62,423 nt of DNA from Candidatus Amesbacteria bacterium RIFCSPLOWO2_01_FULL_48_25 (GCA_001773695.1 MEXN01000004.1:1-62423); one strand, 5' to 3'. Counted from the first letter of the stretch, positions 35,599 through 46,117 are shown. A program made the numbers and translations. Notes: generated from the letters alone by a model not told the origin.

Positions 35599-35662
35599 TC
35601 AGCCACAATTTTACCAGAATTGAAGTATAATTTGAGGGTCGGGGCGTAAGTTGACAATTCAT

Positions 35663-35734
35663 GGGGCGGTAGCTCAATGGTAGAGTAGCAGCCTTTTAAG
35701 CTGTTTGTTCTGGGTTCGAGTCCCAGCCGCCTCA
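35663..35734 (+). tRNA. tRNA-Lys(TTT)
   Basis: GGGGCGG/CCGCCTC acceptor stem; loop CTTTTAA. Confidence 0.93.
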
Positions 35735-36065
35735 CACTTTCGGATATCGCAGAATGGGCGGTGGCAGATGGCCGACTGCCACGCCAGGATTTGACCGAGT
35801 CAAAGCCCAGATTGGGGACAAAAGAAAGGCGTTTGTCAGAAAGATTGAAGTTCGAGCCGGCATTTCTTGCAAGAGATGAAATATCTTGCAAATTATTTTT
35901 TCCAAGCGCGATTTTTCCGCAATTTATTGAGCTTTTTATGAACTCCTCAAAAGGTTCGAGCCAACTCGAACCACCACTCTGAATTTTTGATATTTTTTCC
36001 TGAAGTTTGAATTTCTGTTCGAATAGTTCGTTTTTCTTTGTCTTGTATTGTTCTTCGTTTATTAC
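35735..36065 (-). pseudogene. C-terminal remnant of a probable large serine recombinase, truncated by an IS
   Basis: Coiled coil followed by WLEPFEEFI...GSNFNLSDKRL; the frame runs on through the antisense of tRNA-Lys to a stop at 35589. Confidence 0.6.
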
Positions 36066-36096
36066 TGTCAAGTATACGGTTTGGTATACAGGCTTT

Positions 36097-36879
36097 CTAC
36101 GTCCGCTGATTGTAAAGGTGCAGAAATTGGCGGGGTGACATCTTGAGGCTGGTGTGGATCCGGGTTTGATTGTAGTAGGCGATGGTTTGGTGGACGGCTT
36201 CGATCAGTTCACCCAGAGATTCAAAGCGGTCAAACTCCAACCCCAAGTCTGTCTTGAAGTTGTCGTAAAACGACTCCTGGTAACCGTTCTCCCAAGGGCT
36301 GCGTTTCCGGCTCAGGGATACCCGGATACCCAGCTTCTCCAGAAGGCGGGTATATTCTCCTCCGGTGTACTCGGCTCCCTGGTCAGTGTGGATGGTTAAG
36401 GGGATTTTCCCCAGAGTTTTAATGGCATCGAAGAGGGAGTTGATCACCAAGTCCGAGGTGTGCCGGGTGGCTACACTCCAGCCGACGATTTCCCGAGTGT
36501 ACAAATCGATGAAGGTAGTCAGATACACAATCCCTCCCCGGTAGGGTATTCGGGTGAAGTCCCCGGCTAAAATTATTCCGGGTTTAATCGGACAGGAGTT
36601 TTTGATCAAGTTGGGATACTTAGCCGCCAGCCTGCCCCGATCCCGCTTCTTACTCCATCTAGCTTTCCTCTTGTACGGCTTGATGCCAAAAAGCCTCATT
36701 ACCCTTCTCACCCGGCGTTTACCTAAAGATAGCGCCAAAGCGATCCGGCGATGGCCATATCCTGGGTTGGCCTTCAAGATTTCCAGAATGTCCTCTTTGA
36801 GTCTCTCATCCCGGAATTTCAGTTTCCCCCGGTTCTTGTACCACCCGGCCCGGCAGATACCCAATAGGTGAGAGACCAA
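36097..36879 (-). CDS. IS3 transposase OrfB (DDE/rve)
   Basis: YGHRRI, GDFT, IHTDQG..Y, PWENGYQESF, YYN..R.HTSL. Confidence 0.92.
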   Translation of the reverse strand: MVSHLLGICRAGWYKNRGKLKFRDERLKEDILEILKANPGYGHRRIALALSLGKRRVRRVMRLFGIKPYKRKARWSKKRDRGRLAAKYPNLIKNSCPIKPGIILAGDFTRIPYRGGIVYLTTFIDLYTREIVGWSVATRHTSDLVINSLFDAIKTLGKIPLTIHTDQGAEYTGGEYTRLLEKLGIRVSLSRKRSPWENGYQESFYDNFKTDLGLEFDRFESLGELIEAVHQTIAYYNQTRIHTSLKMSPRQFLHLYNQRT

Positions 36880-36919
36880 GGTCTTAGTGGCTGCCGGGAC
36901 CCGAGTGAGGATAAGGAAA

Positions 36920-37201
36920 CTAAGTTCGCCTCTTTTTTTTTACCTTTTCCAACTCGACGGTTAACACCCCGACGATCTCCTTTAGGACCTGGTTTTCCTT
37001 CTTTAGTTTAGCGTGTTCCATCCAGCTGACGGAGTGGGTCGCCCCGGTCCTAAGCCAAGCATAGATAGTCTTGTCAGAAACGCCATACTGTTTAGCTAAA
37101 GCTGCTACTGCTTCACCAGCCTTCACTTTACCCAATATTTCTTCCCTGACTTCTTTAGCAACAGGATTTTTCAAATAAATCACCCCCAAAAAAATAAACA
37201 C
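36920..37201 (-). CDS. IS3 transposase OrfA (HTH)
   Basis: VAALAKQYGVSDKTIYAW, LKKENQVLK leucine-zipper-like segment. Confidence 0.88.
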   Translation of the reverse strand: MFIFLGVIYLKNPVAKEVREEILGKVKAGEAVAALAKQYGVSDKTIYAWLRTGATHSVSWMEHAKLKKENQVLKEIVGVLTVELEKVKKKRRT

Positions 37202-37347
37202 TGATTATATAGAAACAGTGCCTACTTTAGTGGATACCTGTCCGTTTGGGGTCCAGATATTGTTCAAGCGAAAGTTTGGAGGGACGAAAACGGCATAATT
37301 GTTTATGTTGAACCGGGCAGTGCCAAGTATGTGGAAAGGTCCTCTCA

Positions 37348-39141
37348 TTAGGTCATTTGGGTATCGCCTAGGAATCCTCCCTTTTGCAATGCCCAGAGAC
37401 GACTATATAAGCCGGCGGATCTTTTAAGTAAGCTTTTGTGAGTTCCAGCCTCGGTAATCGTTCCTTCTCTCAAAACTATTATGCGATCAGCGCGCATAAC
37501 CGTGGATAGCCTGTGGGCAATAATAATACTTGTTCTGGGATTACCCTCGTCTTTTATTAAACTCCAAAACGCCTCTTGGACTGCCTTTTCAGATTCTGAA
37601 TCAAGGGAACTAGTAGCCTCGTCAAAAACAATGATTTTAGCTTTTTCTAATAGTACTCTGGCTATAGCTAACCTTTGTCTCTGGCCTCCGGAAAGTTTGA
37701 TACCACGCTCCCCCACTCTAGTTTCCAATCCCTCTGGCAAATTTTTTACAAAATCGTCTAATTTGGCATAACCCAAGGCTTCCCAGAGCTCTTCTTCACT
37801 GGCATCCGTCTTGGCGTAACCGAGGTTATACCTGAGAGTGTTGTTGAACAGAAGTGGGTCCTGAGGGACTATTCCGATTAAGCCTCTTAAATAGGACTTG
37901 GACATGTCAGATGTTTTTACCCCGTCTATCGAAATTGAGCCTGCAGTCAAGTCGTACATTCTCATCAGAAGTTTGACCAGGGTGGTCTTTCCCGATCCCG
38001 ATAGACCGACTAAGGCTACTGTTTCACCAGGCCTTACATCCAGTGAAAAATTTGCAAATATCGGTTGGCCTTCTCGATAAGCAAATCCCACTTTATCGAA
38101 CTTGATCCGACCTGAAAGATTATTTACTATTGACGGGTTCTGGGGATCTTTTACTAGGACCGGTTCGTTTAAAACATTTAAATATTGCTCCATATCCCCG
38201 TACTTTTTAGCCATATTTCTGGCAGTTAGGAGGGTGCTTACCATTTTGGGGAAGAAGGCTGCCGAAAACGATGCGATTAAAACAAACTGGGGTAAGTCTA
38301 TTAGACCTTGAGCCAAATCGGTTATGGCTAAAAACAGAGTTCCTGCCATGGCTATGTTTGATAAATTGCCGATTATCAAGTCAAAGTAACGAAAGGTGAA
38401 AAAATACGCTTGAGCGGCATCGTTCCACTTGGATAACAAATTTCCCAGTCTGATTTGCTCGTAAAATTCCTTGGCAAAATACTTGACTGTATCAAAGTTC
38501 ATCAGATTATCCACTCTGACCCCAGATACCTCATCGTCTATGCCTATGAAGATTTTTCGTTTTACCATGTTAGATTTAACCAGTGGAATGGAGCTGACAA
38601 AGGCCAAAAAAAGGATTGTGAGGCTAAACCAAAAATATTTAGGGCTGACTCCCCAAAACGCGTAAAGCATAACGACAAGGCTGATAACCACGGCGTAACC
38701 TTCTCTAATTATCGAGTCATACATTGTCAGGAACGCATCTTCGCCTCGTTTCATGATGGAGATCAATTTTCCTGAGCTTTTTTCGGTATGGTAGGAAAAG
38801 TCCAACTCATGTATCCGTTTCATGACTTCCATCTGTAAATCCACGGCACTGAGCATCACGTTTTTATCACTTAGAATCATGGAAAAGGCGTAAGTTAGAG
38901 TTCCGGCCAGCATCACCATGCCCAGGGTTATGACTATCCAAAAAGCATGGATGAATTGGCCATTTGTCGCGTCGGCGGTTATGGCTTTTAGAAAGAACGG
39001 CTGGACGCTTTCGGCCACCCTGGAGGCTCCGGCCACTATTAAGTAAGCGATAAAATATCGTTTGTGTCGCCAAACGTAATGAAAGAAACTTCGAAACACA
39101 GGCATATCCTTATTATTGTCTATTTCGTGACTCCCTTGCAA
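37348..39141 (-). CDS. ABC exporter, fused permease/ATPase
   Basis: TM domain plus GLSGSGKT, LSGGQRQR, DEATSSLD, IAHRLST. Confidence 0.93.
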   Translation of the reverse strand: MQGSHEIDNNKDMPVFRSFFHYVWRHKRYFIAYLIVAGASRVAESVQPFFLKAITADATNGQFIHAFWIVITLGMVMLAGTLTYAFSMILSDKNVMLSAVDLQMEVMKRIHELDFSYHTEKSSGKLISIMKRGEDAFLTMYDSIIREGYAVVISLVVMLYAFWGVSPKYFWFSLTILFLAFVSSIPLVKSNMVKRKIFIGIDDEVSGVRVDNLMNFDTVKYFAKEFYEQIRLGNLLSKWNDAAQAYFFTFRYFDLIIGNLSNIAMAGTLFLAITDLAQGLIDLPQFVLIASFSAAFFPKMVSTLLTARNMAKKYGDMEQYLNVLNEPVLVKDPQNPSIVNNLSGRIKFDKVGFAYREGQPIFANFSLDVRPGETVALVGLSGSGKTTLVKLLMRMYDLTAGSISIDGVKTSDMSKSYLRGLIGIVPQDPLLFNNTLRYNLGYAKTDASEEELWEALGYAKLDDFVKNLPEGLETRVGERGIKLSGGQRQRLAIARVLLEKAKIIVFDEATSSLDSESEKAVQEAFWSLIKDEGNPRTSIIIAHRLSTVMRADRIIVLREGTITEAGTHKSLLKRSAGLYSRLWALQKGGFLGDTQMT

Positions 39142-39162
39142 ATTGCTCTATAATGCTGACCT

Positions 39163-39552
39163 ATGGCTGAGCGACGAATTGTAGACGAATTTGATAGTAA
39201 GACAGGAAAACCCGATGTTAGTGTGACACCGAGGAATTTAATTATGGAAATTCGTGACTTGGCAAGGAAGCATGATACAGCTGGCCTGAAGGAACTATTT
39301 GAAGCATACATGCGTTGGGAGAAGAGTGGCAATATTGGTGAAACCGAAGAACAAACTAAACAAAGGATCCTGGAAAATTTTGAGGTGTATGCGTACGCCG
39401 CCGATCTTGGCAAAAAAGGAAATTTAGGTTCATGGACATTACGGGAAGTAGCTGGTATTTTGGGAAATCCAGGTCCTGTTAGGAAATTTTTTAGAGAAAC
39501 TATGGAATTTACCCCTACGCGGATTTTATATCTTGGTCTGGGAGCGAGCTAG
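39163..39552 (+). CDS. Hypothetical protein
   Basis: 129-aa ORF with TATAAT 8 nt before the ATG. Confidence 0.55.
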   Translation: MAERRIVDEFDSKTGKPDVSVTPRNLIMEIRDLARKHDTAGLKELFEAYMRWEKSGNIGETEEQTKQRILENFEVYAYAADLGKKGNLGSWTLREVAGILGNPGPVRKFFRETMEFTPTRILYLGLGAS

Positions 39553-39743
39553 AAGATCGATGTAGCTTTCCAGGTGGTGGATGGCTCTCCGGTTGAATTC
39601 TTTATCCAAGAACCTTCCCCTTCTACTTCTGTTTCAGCAGTTGGGATATATCTGAGTTTGAGCAATGAGCTCTTGATCATCTATATCAACTTGGCTAGGC
39701 GAGATTATATTATAACCCGCTATGACAACTCGATTCCAACTAT

Positions 39744-40154
39744 TTATCTGGGAGGCTCTCTATAGCGTTCAGGGTGGAGGGCATAGCAAACATCGGCATG
39801 GCTTCTAACTGGGATTATTGGTTTTCCACTCGCTTCCTCAATCACTCTGACTAGCGGGTCCAGATTTTCTCTTGTATGTCGAAATCCAGCTATAAATACG
39901 TGTGGTACGTTGGCTAGAATATACCTCAAGGCCATCTCAAGATCTTCCCTATCCCAGTTTTCGATTAAGCGTAGTCCAACTGAACTGGCAGGTATTTTTT
40001 CGTCACGACACCCCTGGGCGATTATGGGAGCCGTTAGGCTGTCATATTCGCAGATTATGACGGCTTCTTTTCCATCCAGGACCCTGAGTGTTAACTCGGT
40101 TAAGTTAGCTTGACGTGGTATTCGATATAGGGCTTCGATTAGCGAGATTGCCAT
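39744..40154 (-). CDS. Hypothetical protein
   Basis: 136-aa ORF with TGT-TATACT 7 nt before the ATG. Confidence 0.6.
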   Translation of the reverse strand: MAISLIEALYRIPRQANLTELTLRVLDGKEAVIICEYDSLTAPIIAQGCRDEKIPASSVGLRLIENWDREDLEMALRYILANVPHVFIAGFRHTRENLDPLVRVIEEASGKPIIPVRSHADVCYALHPERYREPPR

Positions 40155-40172
40155 GTCCTGTAGTATAACAGA

Positions 40173-41813
40173 TTAGCGCTCGAAAATATAGAAGGCGGGA
40201 GTGGAGTCGGGGTAGTCAATGCGATTGACAACTGGCTTGATCTGATCTATAAGTGGCTGGTCGGCTGAAGCGATGATTAAATTTTTTCCCGTCAGGTGGA
40301 TATTAGTCCAAACCCGGATGCCTGGGTGCAATAAGTAAATATTTCCGAATTGACGGCTAGTCAGACCCGGAGTAACCTCGACATTTGCTAGAGGCTGTAA
40401 GTTCTGAAATTTTACAAGATCAAAGCGGGTGTAAAAGAGGTAGGCCATGATGGCCGAGTCGTCCTTAAAATCCAAAATTATACGATCGTAATTTGGAGAC
40501 TCAGAAATACTTGTGGAAATAGCAGCGTCAAAGCCCCATTGGAAAGGTTTGGCACTTTCCCAGCGATAATTGCTAAAGAAATAATTGTAAATAAAGAGGC
40601 TAGATATAGCTAAAAAAACTAAATACACTGGAATTGTTAGTTTGACCCATCGAGTAAGTTGCCAAAGCCCTAGAGAAATTGTGAAAATTAAGGCAGGAAG
40701 TAAAATCAGGAGGCGCGCGGCGTGAGGATTATCTGATCTGGTTAATGAACCGGGGAGCGGGGCAAGAAACAGCCAAAATAATATCATACTATGGGTTTTT
40801 GTGGTAAATAATATTGCTAACCCAACTAGCAGTGGAAGCGCTTCTATTAAGTGAAGCATGCCAATTGTCTCACGTCCTGGTGAATGACGTAATTGGGTGT
40901 CTCCAATGGTAAATAAATACTGTGTGGAAAAGGTGTGAAAATAGTTCTCAAGGAAAGTTTTTGCCCAAAGAATTGGCTTGTTGACAAGTAGCCGGTCGAT
41001 AACCCGGGGACTGAGGCCAACTTGCCTGGGAACTCCGGATGACAGTTGTTGTGTCAACCTCCGGTTATCGACCGTAGAGCTAACTGTGGGGTCGGTAAGA
41101 ATTGATAATTCCCGGAATCGCTGTCCGCTTTTACCTATTAGTCCGTCTATAAATATTGGAGTGAAAATTAATATGAAAAGTGATAGTCCGATGAGGAGTT
41201 GCTGATTTATGACGTAAGATTTGCGATTTATAAATAGGAAAACAATGAGGATGAGAGGAACAAAGAGTTTGAGTGGTGCGTAGGCTAAAGTTGATAAACT
41301 TAGGAATAACCCGGCAAATGGTAAAAAGGTTTTTTTTCTGATTCCTCTTACTAACAAACAAAATCCCAGGAGAAAGAGGAATAAGGCTGAGCCGGTTTCG
41401 ACGGATTGGCGGCTATATTGAACGTGCCAGGGAGAGAGCGCAGCGCTGAACGCTGCTAAACGACCAATTTTCAAATTTTTAAATAACAAACTACCCAAAG
41501 CGTACATTAAGATTACAAACAAAATTCCAAAAAAAGCAGCTGGGAGACGGACGGCTGTGGAGGTAAGTCCTAATGCAGTCACAAAAGGCACGGTTGAATA
41601 GATAAAAACCGGAGTTCTGAACTCTGCGAAGGAATGCGGAAACACCGGTAGTGGATTACCGAAGTAATCCCTACCGGTTCTGAGAAGAGAATAAGCCTGG
41701 TAGCCAGTGTCTTGCTCGTCCCAATGCAGCCCGTTTGGGAGGCGACCGATGTCCCACAAGCGTATAACGCTGGCAAGAATAACTATAACCAGTAAGGTTA
41801 CGGCCGATTTCAT
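40173..41813 (-). CDS. GT-C fold glycosyltransferase (GT39/ArnT-like)
   Basis: WDEQDTGY loop, LSPWHVQYSR, multiple TM helices. Confidence 0.85.
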   Translation of the reverse strand: MKSAVTLLVIVILASVIRLWDIGRLPNGLHWDEQDTGYQAYSLLRTGRDYFGNPLPVFPHSFAEFRTPVFIYSTVPFVTALGLTSTAVRLPAAFFGILFVILMYALGSLLFKNLKIGRLAAFSAALSPWHVQYSRQSVETGSALFLFLLGFCLLVRGIRKKTFLPFAGLFLSLSTLAYAPLKLFVPLILIVFLFINRKSYVINQQLLIGLSLFILIFTPIFIDGLIGKSGQRFRELSILTDPTVSSTVDNRRLTQQLSSGVPRQVGLSPRVIDRLLVNKPILWAKTFLENYFHTFSTQYLFTIGDTQLRHSPGRETIGMLHLIEALPLLVGLAILFTTKTHSMILFWLFLAPLPGSLTRSDNPHAARLLILLPALIFTISLGLWQLTRWVKLTIPVYLVFLAISSLFIYNYFFSNYRWESAKPFQWGFDAAISTSISESPNYDRIILDFKDDSAIMAYLFYTRFDLVKFQNLQPLANVEVTPGLTSRQFGNIYLLHPGIRVWTNIHLTGKNLIIASADQPLIDQIKPVVNRIDYPDSTPAFYIFER

Positions 41814-41831
41814 AGGGCTGCATAAAACGTC

Positions 41832-42092
41832 TTATTGGGGGCGTTCTTCTCGTGGTCTGGCCACTGAAACAGCCAGATTTCGATCATTGAATGGTTTACC
41901 GTTGAGTTCGGAAATAGCTTTATTTGCTTGAGCGTCGTCTGGCATCTCAACGAAACCGAAACCCTTGCTGCGTCCGGTTGCCCGGTCGACAATTACTGTT
42001 GCCGATGTTACTTCCCCGTGTTGGGAGAAAAGGGTAGTTAGATCGGGACCAGTGGTGTTATATGGCAAATTGCCTACAAAGATTCTAGTCAT
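41832..42092 (-). CDS. RRM RNA-binding protein
   Basis: IFVGNL (RNP2) and KGFGFVEM (RNP1); AAGGAGGT Shine-Dalgarno upstream. Confidence 0.93.
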   Translation of the reverse strand: MTRIFVGNLPYNTTGPDLTTLFSQHGEVTSATVIVDRATGRSKGFGFVEMPDDAQANKAISELNGKPFNDRNLAVSVARPREERPQ

Positions 42093-42171
42093 GAATTATG
42101 ATTGTCACCTCCTTTCAAAATTCAAAAAATTGTTCTTATGGTAAATCTATTTTGGAGGTAACTATTCTTTT

Positions 42172-42501
42172 TTATGCAAATTGGGAGTGGACTTGCGAGA
42201 CTTCCCGAGATGACTGGTGACGAAGATAATAAAGTTTAGCCCGCCTGACTTGACCTTGCTTTTTAACCTCAACTTTGGCAATCCATGGGGAGTGAATGGG
42301 GAAAATTCTTTCCACTCCGATATTTCCTGCAGCGAGTTTGCGGACGGTGAAGGATTTGTTTTCTCCTCTGCCCCGGATGGCAATTACCATACCCTCAAAG
42401 ACTTGGATTCTTTCCTTTTCACCCTCAATGATTTTAAGGTGGACCCGAACCAGGTCTCCAGAGTGGATCTTTGCACCCTGGTAGTCAAACACATTAGCCA
42501 T
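42172..42501 (-). CDS. rplS: 50S ribosomal protein L19
   Basis: [32 protein letters not shown]. Confidence 0.96.
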   Translation of the reverse strand: MANVFDYQGAKIHSGDLVRVHLKIIEGEKERIQVFEGMVIAIRGRGENKSFTVRKLAAGNIGVERIFPIHSPWIAKVEVKKQGQVRRAKLYYLRHQSSREVSQVHSQFA

Positions 42502-42513
42502 ACTTGTGGCATT

Positions 42514-45500
42514 TTACCCCAAATGAGGAGAATTTAACAGGGCATTAATTTTGGCTTCGAGATTAGGATTCCAGTTTAGGCCGTATGGGAGAGGGACTTC
42601 TTTGGAAGAGCTGCCTGTTGTAAATACGAGAGTCGCTGGTTTCGAACCTTTATGGGTTTGGAGAAGTGTGTTTAAAGTAACTAGCTTGGTTTGGGGAGTG
42701 GATGGGGGAATATAGATGGTTACTTTGGGTTGACCGGTTACATCCTTAGGGGATGATGGAGTACTAACTTGGGGGAGGCGCGTCTCGGGACCGGCGAAAA
42801 TGGCAGCCGACTGGGCAATAATTGTGATCTCATGCGAAGCCTCTTCATCGGAGTCTGCGCTGCCTTCGGATTTACGGTTTTCAATACGCCCCGATATAAG
42901 GACGAGGTTATTGGGCTGCCAGCAACTGGAAGTGATAGCGAACACTTTGGGAAATACTACCACCTCTGCCGATCTGGTTAAATCGGTCACTCTTGCAAAA
43001 CACATTTGCAGGCCCGAAGACTTGGTAGTCACATTTCGGACGGATTCGATAACTCCCCCAGTGGTAATAGTTTGGCCTGTCGTGTCTTCCAAGAATAAAT
43101 CTGATATTGACTTGGATATAGTCTTTTTGAGCAAGTCGAGATTGCCAGAGTGAGGATGTTCGGTAAGATAAAAACCCAAAAGATCTTTTTCCAATTCTAA
43201 TTTTTGGCTTTTTTCTAATTCTTCTATTTGGGGTAGCTGATCTTCGGGGTTGGGTGTGTTTTGGGCGTCGCCAAATAAACTTGACTGACCCAAACTCTTA
43301 AGCTTGTTGATGGAGATTCCCTGTTCACGAATTTTATCCAGCCCGGCCAGCATGGCAGCTCTATTGCCAAAGATATCCATGCTACCCGCCTTTATCAAGC
43401 TTTCGAGTACTTTGCGATTTACCTTTTGGGCGTCTACCCGGAGGCAAAAATCGGTAAGGGAAGAGAAAGGCTTGTTCTGCCTAGATGACAAAATAATGTG
43501 AATAGCAACCTCGCCTACATTCTTGATGGCCGATAAACCAAATCTAATCGCCCGGCCGTCTAATGAGCCAGTGTCCGGCTCGATGGTGAAGCCAGTGTCA
43601 GATTTGTTTATTTGGGGAGGCAGGACCTTTATTTTCATGCGTTTGCACTCTTCTACAGCCTCGACAATCTTGTCGGTGTTGCCTGCTTCTGCTGTTAACA
43701 AGGCGGTCATATACTCTACCGGGTAATTGGCTTTGAGATAGGCCGTTTGGTATGAAACGATGCCGTAGGAAGCCGCGTGAGCTTTGTTGAATCCGTATCC
43801 CTGAAAAGGAACGAAAAGGTCCCACAATGCTTCGGCTTGGGCTTTGGACATATCTGAGGTTTTCTGGCAACCAGTGACGAAAATCTCGTGTTGCTTGGCC
43901 ATTTCCTCGGGGATCTTTTTGCCGATGGCTTTTCTGAATTTATCTACCGAATTCCAGTCGTATCCGGCTAGTTCCAAGGCTGTGAATAAGACATCGTCTT
44001 GGTAAACAAGAATTCCATATGATTTGTCTAAGTATTTGGCCATTTTGGGGTGGAGGAACTCCACCTTTTTTTGGCCATGCTTACGGCTTATGAATTCCGG
44101 GATATTGGCCATAGGCCCCGGCCGGAACAGTGCGATCATGACCATTAGATCTTCGATTCGTGTGGGACGCAGTTCGCGCAGCCACTTGGTCATACCCGGG
44201 CCGCCCATTTGAAATACTCCCATGGTCTGGCCCGAAGACAACATGGCAAATGTTTTTTTGTCGTCAAGTGGAATTTTGGCCAGTTCAACTTTAACGTCTC
44301 GTTCTCTTTCGACGATGTCCCGAGCAGCTCCCAGGATAGAAAGGTTTCTGATACCCAAAATATCGAATTTGACTAACCCCACTTCTTCGCAGGCATGCAT
44401 TTCGTACTGAGTGATAACTTTGTCGCCGTTTGGTTCCAGTTGTAAGGGGGTGAAGTCTTTCATATCAGTCGGAGAAACGACAATGCCGGCGGCGTGGACC
44501 GAGGCATGGCGAGCGTTGCCCTCGATTTCCCTACCCAGATCGATTACTTGTTTAGCGGCAGGATCGGTGTCATACATGATCTTGAACTCGGGAGATTCAT
44601 CCAAGGCCCTATCGATAGTCATCGGGAATCCCTGGGAGCCTATTGGGATGATCTTGGCTATGCGGTCGCCGAATGAGTAGGGGTGACCCAATACTCGGGC
44701 AATGTCGCGGACTGCGGCTCTAGCTAACATCCGGCCAAAGGTGCAAATTTGGGCGACCTTGTCTCGGCCAAACTTTTCGGTGACGTGAGCAATAAGTTCT
44801 TCACGGCGGTCATCGGCAATATCTAAATCTATGTCAGGAGGACTGGGACGGAAGGGGTTAAGAAAACGCTCGAACGGTAATAGATAGCGGATGGGATCTA
44901 CCGTAGTTATGCCAATGATGTAGGAGACTACAGATCCGGCAGCAGAACCACGAGTATTGGTAATAATTCCGTGGTCAGAGCACCAACTGACTAGGTCCGC
45001 CAGAAGCAGGAAATACGGCGCGTATCCTTTGGAAATAATAGTGTCAAGTTCCATGTCGACGCGTTTTTGTAGGTCCGGATTCACATTTGGGTAACGAGTG
45101 GAAACGTGGCTGTCTACCATTTCGCGAAGCGTAGTGGCCGGATCACGACCTTTGGGCAGGTCGATATTTGGAAAGTGCCATTTGCCTAGCTCGATTTGAA
45201 CCTCACATTGATCAGCGATCTGGAGTGTGTTTTTAACGGCTTCAGGATAATCGGAGAATATGTGGTCCATTTCCAAGGAAGGACGCAGATAAAATGTAGG
45301 GGTGTCAATGTAACGGATGCGGTCGGTGTCAGTAACGTTTTTCCCAGTACTTATACACACCAGAGCGTCCTGAGCGGTGGCGTCAGATTGATTTAGATAA
45401 TGGGCATCGTTGGTGGCGACTAGTGGTAATCCGATGTCACGACTGAGTTTGACGATGCCATCTATCCAAATTTTTTCCGATTTTTGTAAGTCTTGTAGTT

Positions 45501-46083
45501 TGCCTAAAACTTGAGGTTGGTTTTTTGCCGAGTCGAAATAATCCTGGTAGAAGTGGCGCTGTATTTCCAAATAGTAATTGTTTTGCCCAAATACGTCTGC
45601 GTACCAGATTACTGCTTGATTGGCGGCTTGGTAGTTGCCGGCAATTAGGAGTTGGCCGACTTCTCCCTTGGGACAGGTGGAGGTACAGATGAGTCCTTCC
45701 GAATATTTTTTGAGGGTGTCTTTGTCGAAACGGGGACGATAGTAAAAGCCTTCAAGGTGGGCTATTGAACTTAGCTGCATCAAGTTTTTGTAGCCGGTAA
45801 AGTTACGTGCTATGAGTAGAAGGTGATAATTTTCTCCTTTGCCAGATTTGTCGTGCAAATCTCTGCCTACGATATAGCCTTCCATGCCGATTAGTGGCTT
45901 TATTTTTTCTTTAGTGCATTCTTTGTAGAATTCGATTGCTCCATACATAGCCCCATGATCGGTAAGAGCCACAGCTGGCATATCGAACTGTTTGACCGCT
46001 CTTACCAGGTTTTTGATTTTAGAGAGGCCATCTAAAAGTGAGTACTCGGAGTGGACATGGAGGTGAACAAAATTTGATGACAT
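42514..46083 (-). CDS. dnaE: DNA polymerase III alpha subunit
   Basis: PHP HLHVHSEYSLLDG, RGSAAGS, PDIDLD, HAAGIV, KFDILG, FNKAH. Confidence 0.97.
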   Translation of the reverse strand: MSSNFVHLHVHSEYSLLDGLSKIKNLVRAVKQFDMPAVALTDHGAMYGAIEFYKECTKEKIKPLIGMEGYIVGRDLHDKSGKGENYHLLLIARNFTGYKNLMQLSSIAHLEGFYYRPRFDKDTLKKYSEGLICTSTCPKGEVGQLLIAGNYQAANQAVIWYADVFGQNNYYLEIQRHFYQDYFDSAKNQPQVLGKLQDLQKSEKIWIDGIVKLSRDIGLPLVATNDAHYLNQSDATAQDALVCISTGKNVTDTDRIRYIDTPTFYLRPSLEMDHIFSDYPEAVKNTLQIADQCEVQIELGKWHFPNIDLPKGRDPATTLREMVDSHVSTRYPNVNPDLQKRVDMELDTIISKGYAPYFLLLADLVSWCSDHGIITNTRGSAAGSVVSYIIGITTVDPIRYLLPFERFLNPFRPSPPDIDLDIADDRREELIAHVTEKFGRDKVAQICTFGRMLARAAVRDIARVLGHPYSFGDRIAKIIPIGSQGFPMTIDRALDESPEFKIMYDTDPAAKQVIDLGREIEGNARHASVHAAGIVVSPTDMKDFTPLQLEPNGDKVITQYEMHACEEVGLVKFDILGIRNLSILGAARDIVERERDVKVELAKIPLDDKKTFAMLSSGQTMGVFQMGGPGMTKWLRELRPTRIEDLMVMIALFRPGPMANIPEFISRKHGQKKVEFLHPKMAKYLDKSYGILVYQDDVLFTALELAGYDWNSVDKFRKAIGKKIPEEMAKQHEIFVTGCQKTSDMSKAQAEALWDLFVPFQGYGFNKAHAASYGIVSYQTAYLKANYPVEYMTALLTAEAGNTDKIVEAVEECKRMKIKVLPPQINKSDTGFTIEPDTGSLDGRAIRFGLSAIKNVGEVAIHIILSSRQNKPFSSLTDFCLRVDAQKVNRKVLESLIKAGSMDIFGNRAAMLAGLDKIREQGISINKLKSLGQSSLFGDAQNTPNPEDQLPQIEELEKSQKLELEKDLLGFYLTEHPHSGNLDLLKKTISKSISDLFLEDTTGQTITTGGVIESVRNVTTKSSGLQMCFARVTDLTRSAEVVVFPKVFAITSSCWQPNNLVLISGRIENRKSEGSADSDEEASHEITIIAQSAAIFAGPETRLPQVSTPSSPKDVTGQPKVTIYIPPSTPQTKLVTLNTLLQTHKGSKPATLVFTTGSSSKEVPLPYGLNWNPNLEAKINALLNSPHLG

Positions 46084-46117
46084 AGACTCTTTTGTTATCA
46101 GCGGACTAGCCGCAGTT

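Larger units (their letters stand above)
36065..37258 (-). mobile_element. IS3-family insertion sequence (termini approximate)
   Basis: orfA HTH plus orfB integrase core; CTGGACCCCAAACGGACAG at the 5' end resembles IS3 inverted repeats; the other end and a TSD are not clearly resolved. Confidence 0.8.
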
